Assembly (NCBI GenBank): GCA_021779255.1
Contig: JAJYBC010000001.1
Span: 1 to 52,869, forward strand
Length of the DNA stretch: 52,869 nt
DNA from: a bacterium
GTDB lineage: Bacteria > Patescibacteriota > Minisyncoccia > CAIUEV01
Direction of reading: 5' to 3'
The first letter of the stretch is position 1. Every line of letters starts with the position of its first letter. A model generated the notes under the pieces. That model saw nothing but the letters and a program-made list of their open reading frames with translations, made no database searches and was not told the DNA's origin. Below, piece after piece: positions 37,541 through 46,732 of this stretch. The position numbers were made by a program, and so were the translations under genes.

Positions 37541-39505
37541 CTATAAAGAAATTTTATTTTTGATTTTGCGTAATTCTCCGATTTCGTCGCGAATAATGGC
37601 GGCTTTTTCGAACTCTAAATTGCGGGCGGCTTCTTTCATCTCTTTCTCCCTTTGTTTTAAGTAGCCATTTAAATCTTCCAATTTTTCCAGTTCAATAAAA
37701 TCTCGCGAAACAGTCGGCTTAATCTCGTGATCGATAATAGATTCGATTTTTTTACGAATTGTTCGAGGAGTAATATGGTTTTTTTGGTTGTAAGCTACTT
37801 GGATTCGGCGGCGACGATTTGTTTCGGAAATAGCTTTTTCCATAGAGCCAGTAATATTGTCGGCGTACAAAATAACTTTGCCTAAAACATTGCGGGCAGC
37901 GCGACCGATGGTTTGAATGAGTGAAGTTTCGCTACGTAAAAACCCTTCTTTATCGGCGTCTAAAATGGCTACTAATATAACTTCCGGTAGATCCAAACCT
38001 TCTCGCAACAAATTAACTCCTACTAAAACATCAAACTCGCCGCGACGCAGATCTTCCAGAATTTTAATACGATCGAGAGTATCAACGTCGGAATGTAAAT
38101 AACGAGTTTTAATTTTTTGTTCCGTTAAAAAATCCGATAAATCCTCGGCCATTTTTTTGGTTAAAGCGGTAATCAGCACCCTGCCCTTTCGTCGAAGAAC
38201 TTCTTTAATTTCTTCTATCAAATCTTGAATTTGATTTTTAGCCGGTTTGATAATCAACTCTGGGTCGACAAGCCCTGTCGGTCGAATAATTTGTTCCACA
38301 GTTTGAGTCGATTTCTCTTTTTCGTATTGGCTGGGGGTGGCGGAAGTAAAAATAACTTGATTAATTTTAGCTTCGAATTCTGTGAATTTAAGTGGTCTAT
38401 TATCAAGAGCGCTGGGCAGACGAAAACCGTTTTGGATTAAAGATTTTTTGCGAGCATGGTCGCCACTCCACATGGCGCCGATTTGTGGCACAGTGACGTG
38501 TGATTCATCAATGATCATCAGAAAATCTTTGGGAAAATAGTCAATAAGGGTGTACGGCGCTTCACCGGCTTTTCGACCGCTTAGATAACGAGAGTAGTTT
38601 TCAATGCCATTACAATAACCGATTTCCTTCATCATCTCTAAATCTTGACGAGTGCGACGTTCAATTCTCTGAGCTTCTAAAAGTTTTTTCCTTTGCGTAA
38701 AATATTTCACGCGCTTATTCAATTCCTGTTCAATTTTTAGAAAAGATTGAGTCATAATTGTTTCGGACACCACGAAATGTTTAGTTGGGTAGAGATAAAA
38801 ATTTTCTAATTCATTTAATCTTTTACCCGTCAGATTATCATATTCGCCAATTTTATTTATTTTGCCACCTTTAATTTCAATCCGATTGATAGTTTCTCGA
38901 GAAGGCGAAATAATCTCAAGAGTTTCTCCGCGGATTCGAAACTTGCCCCGAGCTAGAAATTCAGATCGTTCAAAATGGAGCTCGATTAATTTTTGGATAA
39001 TTTCTTCGCGATTAATTTTATCGCCAACTTGAAATTTTAGAGAAATATCTTTGTAGAAGTCCGGTGAACCTAAACCGTAAATACAAGAAACTGAGGCAAC
39101 AATGATAACATCCTTTCTGGAAAGTAGAGCTGACGTGGAGGCGTGGCGCAGACGATCAATTTCTTCATTAATTTGGACTTCTTTTTCAATGTAAGTATCG
39201 GTGCCGGTAATGTAAGCTTCCGGCTGGTAATAATCATAGTAAGAAACAAAATATTCGACAGCGTTTTTGGGGAAAAAAGCGCGGAATTCTTGAGTGAGTT
39301 GAGCGGCGAGAGTTTTATTATGAGCGATAACTAGTGTCGGTTTTTGTATTTTTTCGATAACCTTGGCCATTGTAAAAGTTTTACCGGAACCGGTGACACC
39401 GAGAAGAGTTTGGAATTTTTGTTGTTGATTTAAACCGGAGACTAATTTATCAATAGCTTTGGGTTGATCGCCGGCGGGTGTGAATTTAGAGGAAGTTTGA
39501 AACAT
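37541..39505 (-). CDS. uvrB: excinuclease ABC subunit B
   Basis: PAGDQPKAI, GVTGSGKT, YYDYYQPEAY, IDESH, NLLREGLD, QTIGRAARN, UVR domain. Confidence 0.98.
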   Translation of the reverse strand: MFQTSSKFTPAGDQPKAIDKLVSGLNQQQKFQTLLGVTGSGKTFTMAKVIEKIQKPTLVIAHNKTLAAQLTQEFRAFFPKNAVEYFVSYYDYYQPEAYITGTDTYIEKEVQINEEIDRLRHASTSALLSRKDVIIVASVSCIYGLGSPDFYKDISLKFQVGDKINREEIIQKLIELHFERSEFLARGKFRIRGETLEIISPSRETINRIEIKGGKINKIGEYDNLTGKRLNELENFYLYPTKHFVVSETIMTQSFLKIEQELNKRVKYFTQRKKLLEAQRIERRTRQDLEMMKEIGYCNGIENYSRYLSGRKAGEAPYTLIDYFPKDFLMIIDESHVTVPQIGAMWSGDHARKKSLIQNGFRLPSALDNRPLKFTEFEAKINQVIFTSATPSQYEKEKSTQTVEQIIRPTGLVDPELIIKPAKNQIQDLIEEIKEVLRRKGRVLITALTKKMAEDLSDFLTEQKIKTRYLHSDVDTLDRIKILEDLRRGEFDVLVGVNLLREGLDLPEVILVAILDADKEGFLRSETSLIQTIGRAARNVLGKVILYADNITGSMEKAISETNRRRRIQVAYNQKNHITPRTIRKKIESIIDHEIKPTVSRDFIELEKLEDLNGYLKQREKEMKEAARNLEFEKAAIIRDEIGELRKIKNKISL

Positions 39506-39571
39506 GGAGGGTAAATTTTCGTTTTATCTTCTGCACAATCTTTATAATTTCTTTTTTAGGTAGTTTAGCAT

Positions 39572-39602
39572 AAAAATAAAAAGCCCGATCGATGATCAGG
39601 CT
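39572..39602 (-). terminator. intrinsic terminator
   Basis: AGCCTGATC-ATC-GATCGGGCT followed by TTTTATTTTT. Confidence 0.65.
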
Positions 39603-39635
39603 ATGGTTTGAAAACAAATTACGAAGGTAATTTTG

Positions 39636-39851
39636 TTAGCGGATGTCTATGCGCATGCCGATATCGGCAGTGGCGCTGGCCATGATAAAGAAAAGATTGT
39701 TTTGGCGATGAAAGTATTCCATCTCTAGCTCGTAAGTATCTTCCCAAGAGGTGAGAACTCCGTCCTCGTGAAAATATTTTTGACGATGAATCTCTTCATC
39801 TTCCTCGAAAGCCTCAATTCCTTTAGTCACGAAATCATTTTTTTTAGACAT
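39636..39851 (-). CDS. small acidic hypothetical protein
   Basis: 71 aa; SD GGGAG, own promoter (TTGACA at 39925-39920, then TGcGATAAT) and terminator. Confidence 0.55.
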   Translation of the reverse strand: MSKKNDFVTKGIEAFEEDEEIHRQKYFHEDGVLTSWEDTYELEMEYFHRQNNLFFIMASATADIGMRIDIR

Positions 39852-40050
39852 AGCTACTCCCTTCGTATTCTAAAACAAAAACATAGTAACAAGGTTGATT
39901 ATCGCATAGATAAACAAATTGTCAAGATGAGTGTCGCATAATAAGGAGGTGACGACAGTGGAGAAATATTTTAACACAAAAAACAAAACAAACACTAACA
40001 AAATAGTAGTGACGCCATAGATGATATAGTACTTTGTCGGATATTTCTAT

Positions 40051-40287
40051 TTACTTCTTTTCCAGTTTAGGAGGCATAAGAAGCATATAAATAGCCGAAA
40101 CGCCAACTAATAAATAAATAATTCTCGACAAAGTGGTTCCTTCTCCAAAAATATTAGCAACGAGGTCAAGCTTAATCAATCCAACGAGACCCCAATTTAG
40201 GCCACCAATAATTAGGAGAATAAAAGCAATCCAACTAATTTCGTCTTTTTTGGCTTTTTCCTTGTTATTTTCATCCATGGTTGTCAC
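40051..40287 (-). CDS. DUF378 small membrane protein
   Basis: LLIIGGLNWGLVGL..DLVANIFG..SRIIYLLVGVSA. Confidence 0.9.
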   Translation of the reverse strand: MTTMDENNKEKAKKDEISWIAFILLIIGGLNWGLVGLIKLDLVANIFGEGTTLSRIIYLLVGVSAIYMLLMPPKLEKK

Positions 40288-40319
40288 CCCCTTTCATAAG
40301 ATATTTATTTGTGAATAAA

Positions 40320-40892
40320 TTACCAATTTTCGCAAATTATCTCAAAATAGGCTTGTGGATGTGCGCAGGCGGGACATTCGTTGGGAGCTTCGATTCCTTC
40401 TTGAATAAAACCGCAATTTCGACAACGCCAAGTGGCAGGAGCATTTTTTTGAAAGACTTTTTTCTCTTCAATATTTTTCATTAAAGCCAGATATCTTTTT
40501 TCGTGACCGACTTCCGCTTGGGCGATGCGACGAAAAATTTCAGCAACGATCGGCATATTTTCTTGTTCGGCGATTTTAGCAAATTCCGGATACATTTGAG
40601 TGTGTTCATAATTTTCTCCCGCGGCTGAAGCTCTAAGATTTTCAAGGGTCGTTCCAATAATTCCGGCGGGAAAATCGGCTTGAATTTCCACTTCCCCTCC
40701 TTCTAAAAGTTTGAATAATCTTTTAGCGTGTTCTTTCTCATTGTCAGCTGTTTCGAGAAAAATAGCTGAAATTTGTTCATACCCCTCTTTTTTGGCGACG
40801 GAGGCAAAAAAAGTGTAACGATTACGCGCTTGTGATTCCCCCGCAAAAGCGGTGAGAATATTTTTTTCGGTTTGAGTGTTTTTAAGAGACAT
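40320..40892 (-). CDS. rbr: rubrerythrin
   Basis: [25 protein letters not shown]-terminal WRCRNCG..CPACAHP. Confidence 0.95.
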   Translation of the reverse strand: MSLKNTQTEKNILTAFAGESQARNRYTFFASVAKKEGYEQISAIFLETADNEKEHAKRLFKLLEGGEVEIQADFPAGIIGTTLENLRASAAGENYEHTQMYPEFAKIAEQENMPIVAEIFRRIAQAEVGHEKRYLALMKNIEEKKVFQKNAPATWRCRNCGFIQEGIEAPNECPACAHPQAYFEIICENW

Positions 40893-41017
40893 ATTAGTAA
40901 ATTATTTTTAGTACCAATAAACATATTAATAATTTCTAATTCAATTAAGATCTAATTTGAATATTAAATATTAAATCTTAATTTTTTTTGATTTGGTCTT
41001 AGAAATTTTATTAGGTG

Positions 41018-41041
41018 AACCTGCCTACCGGCAGGCAGGTT
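41018..41041. repeat. GC-rich intergenic palindrome
   Basis: AACCTGCCTACCGGCAGGCAGGTT in an otherwise very AT-rich spacer. Confidence 0.7.
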
Positions 41042-41055
41042 AGAAATTTATCTTA

Positions 41056-41304
41056 CTATATTTCCACCAACTTCGTTCTCACTGCATATAGCGCATCTAA
41101 TTTTTTAGCCAAAACCTTCTTATCCCCAGAAGTGCCTACTAACTCTAAAATAATTAAGCCTTCGTCGGAGCAAACATCCCCTACTCCGTCGTGAATGCCA
41201 AGGCGAGTCTTGATGCAACAACCGCTCGCCGTTAAGATTTTTTGAATTTCAACAGCAACATCGCGACGTTTACCGACTGCAATAATCAAAATACTTTTTT
41301 TCAT
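41056..41304 (-). CDS. small ACT/NikR-C-like regulator (TM1266-like)
   Basis: RRDVAVEIQKILT..GCCIKTRLGIHD..EGLIILEL. Confidence 0.6.
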   Translation of the reverse strand: MKKSILIIAVGKRRDVAVEIQKILTASGCCIKTRLGIHDGVGDVCSDEGLIILELVGTSGDKKVLAKKLDALYAVRTKLVEI

Positions 41305-41318
41305 AAATTTGATGAAGA

Positions 41319-41582
41319 CTAAAATTGGCTTTTAGGTTCTTCAGGAGAAGACATCTCGCCGGAAATTGTAGGCTCTTCAATAGCGACTTCAGCAACTGGT
41401 GTAGTGGAAACTGGTGTTTCGGCGGCCATCGTCTCGACGACCGGTGTTGCAGCCATCGTTCCTTCTTCGATTTCCAATTGCATCGGTTGTCCGCAGCAAA
41501 CCAACTCCCCAGCTCCGTTTTGAACTACTTTAACAACGTTGCCACAGACATTGCAACGGTAAACTTGGTCTTTCTCAGTCAT
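41319..41582 (-). CDS. desulfoferrodoxin N-terminal (FeCys4) domain protein
   Basis: QVYRCNVCGNVV..GAGELVCCGQPM, then a low-complexity A/T/P/E tail. Confidence 0.85.
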   Translation of the reverse strand: MTEKDQVYRCNVCGNVVKVVQNGAGELVCCGQPMQLEIEEGTMAATPVVETMAAETPVSTTPVAEVAIEEPTISGEMSSPEEPKSQF

Positions 41583-41649
41583 TTTTTTATTTTAAAATTT
41601 AAATTATTTTACATATTCATAATAACATATGTTTTTGAAAAAGTTTAAT

Positions 41650-41726
41650 TGGTCGGGGTACTGGGACTTGAACCCAGAATCTCCTGCTCCCAAAGCAGGC
41701 GCCTTAGCCAATTAGGCCATACCCCG
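41650..41726 (-). tRNA. tRNA-Pro(TGG)
   Basis: CGGGGTA...TACCCCGACCA; anticodon arm CCTGC-TT TGG GA-GCAGG. Confidence 0.94.
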
Positions 41727-41733
41727 ATTTCTG

Positions 41734-41806
41734 AGCCGTTGGGCGGACTTGAACCGCCGACCTACTCCTTACCATGGAGTTGCTCTACCAACTGAGCTAC
41801 AACGGC
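41734..41806 (-). tRNA. tRNA-Thr(GGT)
   Basis: GCCGTTGTAGCTCAGTTGGTAGAGC; anticodon arm ACTCC-AT GGT AA-GGAGT. Confidence 0.94.
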
Positions 41807-41945
41807 GAAAGAAAACTACTATTATAAATAACGGCTTTTTTTAGAAATTACAATATTTAAGAAAATTCAACTTGATAATTTTAGTTTTATTTTTTTATTT
41901 TTATGTTAGTATGCTTAATATAACAAAAATTGCTAGTCAGATATT

Positions 41946-42584
41946 ATGCAAAACAAAAACATCCTTGAAATTTTAAAGTGGCCGTTGTCTCTTATCGTTA
42001 TTTTTCTCACACTGGGTGGTCTGGGAAGTTGGTTTATTTTTTGGAAAGTGGACAAAGAAGAAGAAAAGTTGGATTTGGCTAAAGAAAATTATCGATTAAC
42101 GGCGTTACAAATCCGATCAATAGACGAAATAAAAAAAAATCATGACAGCAGTCAGTATTTAAAAACAGAATTGGATAAAATGACTCTCAATCAAGCCAAC
42201 ACTCTTGACTTAATTGAGGAATTGGAAAAAGTGGCCGTTTCTTTAGGCTTAACTTTAAAAACCAGCGTGGGAGAAAACCCTAATTCTTCGTCGGGTAATA
42301 TTAAAAACCTTCAAGACAAAACAGTTAAAGCGGGATCAAACCAAGATTCTAACAAAAAAAATGAAGATCAAGTCTGGCTTGATCTAGAGACAGAAGGTCG
42401 TTTTAATGACATTCGAAAATTCGTTTTCTATTTGGAAAATTCACAGAAATTAGTTTTAATTGCCAGCCTAAGCTTATCTCAAGGTCAAGTTTTATTGCCG
42501 GAAGAAGTTTTTAAGGATCCAACAAATAATTTTTCAAATGAAGATTTAAAAGTGGAAATTTTGATAACTAACCAGTTTAATTAA
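41946..42584 (+). CDS. PilO-like bitopic membrane protein
   Basis: N-terminal TM, coiled coil, EGRFNDIRKFVFYLEN resembling the PilO/GspM core. Confidence 0.55.
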   Translation: MQNKNILEILKWPLSLIVIFLTLGGLGSWFIFWKVDKEEEKLDLAKENYRLTALQIRSIDEIKKNHDSSQYLKTELDKMTLNQANTLDLIEELEKVAVSLGLTLKTSVGENPNSSSGNIKNLQDKTVKAGSNQDSNKKNEDQVWLDLETEGRFNDIRKFVFYLENSQKLVLIASLSLSQGQVLLPEEVFKDPTNNFSNEDLKVEILITNQFN

Positions 42585-42591
42585 TTCTTTT

Positions 42592-42840
42592 ATGTTATTT
42601 TTTAATCAAACGAGAAGTTGCGCTCCCAAAATGGCTTTTTTAGTGTTTGTGGCTATTTTGCTTCTAGCTTTTTGGGGTATTTTTTATTTCGGAATTCGTT
42701 TTTTGAATGTAGGTTCTTCTCTTTCAGAAATAAATTCTAACGATCAAAATCAGAAAGTTATTTTAGAAATTGACAAGGGCGGAGAAATTACTAAAATGAT
42801 TCAAATAAGAGCAGAAAATAGGAAGAAATTGGGAGAATGA
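42592..42840 (+). CDS. small single-TM hypothetical protein
   Basis: 82-aa ORF between co-oriented genes. Confidence 0.55.
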   Translation: MLFFNQTRSCAPKMAFLVFVAILLLAFWGIFYFGIRFLNVGSSLSEINSNDQNQKVILEIDKGGEITKMIQIRAENRKKLGE

Positions 42841-42859
42841 ATTAAATTTATATTTTTTT

Positions 42860-43744
42860 ATGCTTTTATCTATTATCATCCCTGTTTTTTTTGGTGAAGA
42901 AATTTTTGAAAAATGTTTGGAAACTTTAACTAAAAGCGCTAAAGGTGTTATTGGTCGTGATTGGGAAATTCTCGTTTTAAATAACGGTTTTGAGCCAAAA
43001 CGTTTTCAAGAATTGAAAGAAACTTATTCGCAAATAAAATTTTTTAACAAAGGAGAAAATTTAGGTTTTGCCAAGGGAAACAACTTTCTCTGGCGAAAAA
43101 GTCGAGGCAAATATGTTTTAATGATCAATCAAGATGTCTTTATTACTAAAAAAAATATTGAAAAACTAACTTGGTTTTTAGAAAAAAATTCAAAATATGC
43201 TTGTGTTGCTCCCAAGTTAATTTTAGAAAACGGTGAGGCTCAGTTTTCTTGTCGTCCTTTTCCCACCGGTTTTTGGTTTTTAATTGCAGATTTTTTTAAT
43301 CGAGGCCAAAAATATCGTCGTTTTTATTCTCCATTCAAAAGTCAAGAAGTGGAACAACCGATGGCCAGCTGTTTACTTTGGCGTCGAAAAAATTTAAAAA
43401 AATTAAAAGGTTTCGATGAACATCCCCATTTTTTTCTCTATTTTAACGATGTGGATTTAAGCTATCGTTTGAGTCAAATGAAAGGTCGGAGTTACTTTTT
43501 AACTTCAGCCGAAGCGACTCATTTGCACGGACAGAGCGCCCTATTGTTAAAAGAATTGAAGCGACTTTCTCTTTGGTATAAAGGGCTTGGTCGTTTTTGG
43601 TTTAAAATGAACGATCATTTTTTTTGGGCTTATTTTCGTTCTTTCTGGGTGACTTTCTTGTTAAGTCTGATTAAAACTGGTCAATTTTTGGTTAGTAAAT
43701 TTTTTTTGCTCAAATCAAAAAAAAGAAATAAGGTGAAAGAGTAA
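42860..43744 (+). CDS. GT2 glycosyltransferase (WbbL/rhamnosyltransferase-like)
   Basis: LSIIIP, NLGFAKGNN, INQD, GFDE..FFLYFNDVDLSYR. Confidence 0.88.
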   Translation: MLLSIIIPVFFGEEIFEKCLETLTKSAKGVIGRDWEILVLNNGFEPKRFQELKETYSQIKFFNKGENLGFAKGNNFLWRKSRGKYVLMINQDVFITKKNIEKLTWFLEKNSKYACVAPKLILENGEAQFSCRPFPTGFWFLIADFFNRGQKYRRFYSPFKSQEVEQPMASCLLWRRKNLKKLKGFDEHPHFFLYFNDVDLSYRLSQMKGRSYFLTSAEATHLHGQSALLLKELKRLSLWYKGLGRFWFKMNDHFFWAYFRSFWVTFLLSLIKTGQFLVSKFFLLKSKKRNKVKE

Positions 43745-43751
43745 GAAATTA

Positions 43752-43950
43752 AAAAAGCCCTTCACATTTTTGGAAACATGAAACTGTAGACAATCTTCTC
43801 ATCTCTTTGGATGGGAGGGAAGAGTTCCCGAGGAATATTCCAGTCGCGCCAAAATATCCTTAAATTCTAGGAACCCTCCCGAGGCAACTTTTTATAAGAG
43901 GCATCGCCCCATCGTCTACAGATTCTTGTTCCCCTTTGTGAGGGCTTTTG
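43752..43950 (-). ncRNA. 6S RNA-like long hairpin
   Basis: About 190-nt rod: GCCCTCACA/TGTGAAGGGC, CTGTAGACGAT/ATTGTCTACAG, GGGAGGG/CCCTCCC with internal bubbles. G-U pairs favour the minus strand; TTGACA at 44000-43995 upstream; ends in a T-tract. Confidence 0.65.
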
Positions 43951-44000
43951 TGCTTTTTTATTCGAACGAATAATTAAAGCACTAGTTTAAATTTTGTCAA

Positions 44001-44399
44001 GTGAAAACAAATTTTTTGGGTCTTGATTTTGGTCAAAAAAGAGTGGGTGTGGCTATTGCTTTGGAAGGTATTTTGGCCTCCAGTATAGCTATTTTGGAGA
44101 ATGATAAAAAATTTTGGTTAAAACTTAGTAAACTGGTAGAGGAAGAAAAAATCAAAGTTATTGTAGTTGGCTGGCCACTTTCTCTGGATGGGTCTTTCTC
44201 CTCTCAAACTCAAAAAACCGCGGAATTTATGGATGTTCTCACTCAAAAATTTCCGAAAGTGAAGATTGAAAAACAGGATGAAAGGATGAGCTCTATAGAG
44301 GCGCGAAAAAATTTGTCTTCTTCCTCTCCCCTACCCTTTATTGACGCTGAGTCGGCTCGGATAATTTTACAATCTTATCTGGACAGTCGAAAAGAGTAG
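44001..44399 (+). CDS. yqgF: YqgF/RuvX pre-16S rRNA nuclease
   Basis: LGLDFGQKRVGVA, IVVGWP, DERMSS, IDAESARIILQSYLD. Confidence 0.93.
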   Translation: MKTNFLGLDFGQKRVGVAIALEGILASSIAILENDKKFWLKLSKLVEEEKIKVIVVGWPLSLDGSFSSQTQKTAEFMDVLTQKFPKVKIEKQDERMSSIEARKNLSSSSPLPFIDAESARIILQSYLDSRKE

Positions 44400-44422
44400 A
44401 AGTTTTGAGATGTTTATCGAGG

Positions 44423-44446
44423 GGGGGCGTATGTAATACGCTCGTA
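44423..44446. repeat. degenerate GTAG/GTAC-type REP
   Basis: GGGGGCGTATGTAATACGCTCGTAC; related remnants near 6581 and 30888. Confidence 0.5.
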
Positions 44447-44480
44447 CAATTTATAATACGTTTGTATTGAAATTTATTTT

Positions 44481-44509
44481 TTGCCTTTTTTTATTTTTTT
44501 ATCTAAAAT
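44481..44509 (+). promoter_or_regulatory. sigma70-type promoter for nrdD-leuS
   Basis: TTGCCT-17-TAAAAT. Confidence 0.5.
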
Positions 44510-44708
44510 GAAATTAGGCTAATTTTGGTTAATTAAAAAGGAAGAAATTTTTAAAGCTCTGTGCCTCGGAGAGAGGAGCAGAGTTTTTTACACTCTAACT
44601 ATAAATGTTCTTTTTAATAAATAGCGAATTAAAAATAACAAAAAAATCCTAAATCAAGCAATGTTAATAAAGAGTAAAAAGACAATAAATATATAATTAA
44701 CAACCTCT

Positions 44709-46715
44709 ATGTCAGAAAATCCAAAAACAGAAACTCAAACAAAACAGTCGCCACTCAAATTGGATTTAGGTACTGATGTAACGGACAAGGCTTTGTTTGT
44801 GCGAACCAGTGAAGATGAAATCGAAAAATGGAACGTCAAGAGAATTTCGGAAAGCATTGTCAAGGAAACGGGGATTAGTCAAAGAATCGCGACGGAAATT
44901 GCCCAAGAAGTAGAAAAGCAAATTTTTGAAGGCAAGATTAAGGCCATTACCGCCCGCTTAATTCGTGAATTGGTTTTGGGTCAATTGTTGGAAATGGGAT
45001 TGGAAGAGGCGCACAAAAGATATAGTCGTTTGGGCTTTCCAATTTATGACGTGCAACAAATTATTGAAAACGAGACTAACAAAGATAACGCCAATGTTCC
45101 CCATGGTCCGGAGGCAACTAATCTAACTTTGGCCGAAGGTATTAAAAAAGAGTACGCGCTTTTGCGGATTTTTTCTCAAGATGTGAGTGACGCTCACGCC
45201 AGAGGTGATATTCATTTACACGACTTAGGTATGATTGATCGGCCGTATTGTTCCGGCCAATCATTGGAATATATTAAAAAATATGGTCTTGACCTCACCT
45301 CTTCCCTTTCTCAAGCTAGGCCAGCGAAACACGCGGAAGTTCTAATAGCTCATTTGATAAAATTATCCGCCGCTTTGCAATGCCATTTTTCAGGGGCTAT
45401 CGGCTGGGATGCTATTAATGTTTTTTTAGCCTCTTATTTAGTTGGTCGCAACGAAAAAGAAATCAAACAGCTGGCTCAAATTTTGATTTACGAGTTTTCT
45501 CAGCAAGCGGTGGCCAGAGGCGGGCAAGCAATTTTTTCCGATATTAACTTGTATTGGGAAATCCCCCGTCATTTTCAGGACGTGCCCGCTATCGGACCGG
45601 GTGGAGAATACACCGGAAAAACTTACAAAGAGTATATTAAAGAATCCCAGATGTTTATTAAAGGTCTTTTTGAAGTTTATTTGGAGGGAGATGCTTCGGG
45701 ACGTCCCTTCTTTTTCCCAAAACCTTTAATGCATATTACGGAAGATTTTTTCAAGACTCCCGGTCACGAAGAATTTCTGAGATTTATTTCTCAGGTGGCG
45801 GCTGAAAAAGGCAATACTTATTTTGTCTTTGATCGTCGTAATGAAGCTAAAATTTCTGAATGCTGTCGTTTATCTTTTAAATTAGAGAGAAGCGATATTG
45901 AAGATGCCAAGAAGCCTTGGAAGATGAGGTATTCGGCTTTGCAAAATATTTCTTTAAATTTACCCAGAGTTGCCTATAAAGCTGGAGGTAATGATGAAGT
46001 TTTTTTTGCGGAATTAAAAAATTTGATGAATATTATTGTTAAAGGTCATCGCCAAAAAAGAATTTTTTTGGAACATTTGTTGGCCAAAGGAACTAACGGA
46101 CCACTCGGGCTTTTGTCCATTAAAAAGCCGGATGATGAGCACCCGTACCTCCGATTGCATCGAGTGACTAATCTCGTCGGCTTAGTTGGATTAAACGAAG
46201 CTGTTCAGTATCACATCGGTGAGGAACTTCATCAGTCGAGGAGAGCTTTAAAATTTGGTTTAAGAGTTGTTGCCGAACTTAAAATTTTGTGTGAAAAATT
46301 ATCAGAACGATACGGTCTGCGTTTGGTCTTGGAGCAAACTCCCGCCGAGACGACCGCTTATCGATTTGCCAAATTGGATTTGAATTGGTTCGAGAGAGGA
46401 GCTCATCGCGTAGTTAAAGGAAATTCGAGCAATGGAGAGGTTTATTATACCAATTCAACTCAGATTAACATTGGGTCAAATTTCGATCCACTGGAAAGAA
46501 TTCGATTGGAAGGTTTGTTTCACCCGATGATTGATGCGGGAGCCCTAACACATATTTGGTTGGGTGAATCTAAACCGCCGGCCGAGGGCATTGCTAATTT
46601 AGTGGAAAAAAGTTTTCGTTTGACCGAAGTGGCGCAAGTGGCTTTTTCACCCGATTTTGTTTATTGTGATGATTGCGGATTTATTAAAAGAGGAATTTTA
46701 GACTCAGATAATTAA
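44709..46715 (+). CDS. nrdD: class III ribonucleotide reductase catalytic subunit with ATP cone, lacking the glycyl-radical tail
   Basis: ATP cone, GDIHLHDL, RPYC, FFFPKP, SECCRL, EQTPAETTAYRFA, YYTNS; ends at CDDCGFIKRGILDSDN. Confidence 0.9.
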   Translation: MSENPKTETQTKQSPLKLDLGTDVTDKALFVRTSEDEIEKWNVKRISESIVKETGISQRIATEIAQEVEKQIFEGKIKAITARLIRELVLGQLLEMGLEEAHKRYSRLGFPIYDVQQIIENETNKDNANVPHGPEATNLTLAEGIKKEYALLRIFSQDVSDAHARGDIHLHDLGMIDRPYCSGQSLEYIKKYGLDLTSSLSQARPAKHAEVLIAHLIKLSAALQCHFSGAIGWDAINVFLASYLVGRNEKEIKQLAQILIYEFSQQAVARGGQAIFSDINLYWEIPRHFQDVPAIGPGGEYTGKTYKEYIKESQMFIKGLFEVYLEGDASGRPFFFPKPLMHITEDFFKTPGHEEFLRFISQVAAEKGNTYFVFDRRNEAKISECCRLSFKLERSDIEDAKKPWKMRYSALQNISLNLPRVAYKAGGNDEVFFAELKNLMNIIVKGHRQKRIFLEHLLAKGTNGPLGLLSIKKPDDEHPYLRLHRVTNLVGLVGLNEAVQYHIGEELHQSRRALKFGLRVVAELKILCEKLSERYGLRLVLEQTPAETTAYRFAKLDLNWFERGAHRVVKGNSSNGEVYYTNSTQINIGSNFDPLERIRLEGLFHPMIDAGALTHIWLGESKPPAEGIANLVEKSFRLTEVAQVAFSPDFVYCDDCGFIKRGILDSDN

Positions 46716-46732
46716 GTCATTTTTTCAATGTA

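Noticed and set aside
44590..44708. NrdR boxes upstream of nrdD
   Set aside because: Only weak AT-rich resemblance; no convincing tandem 16-bp palindromes.
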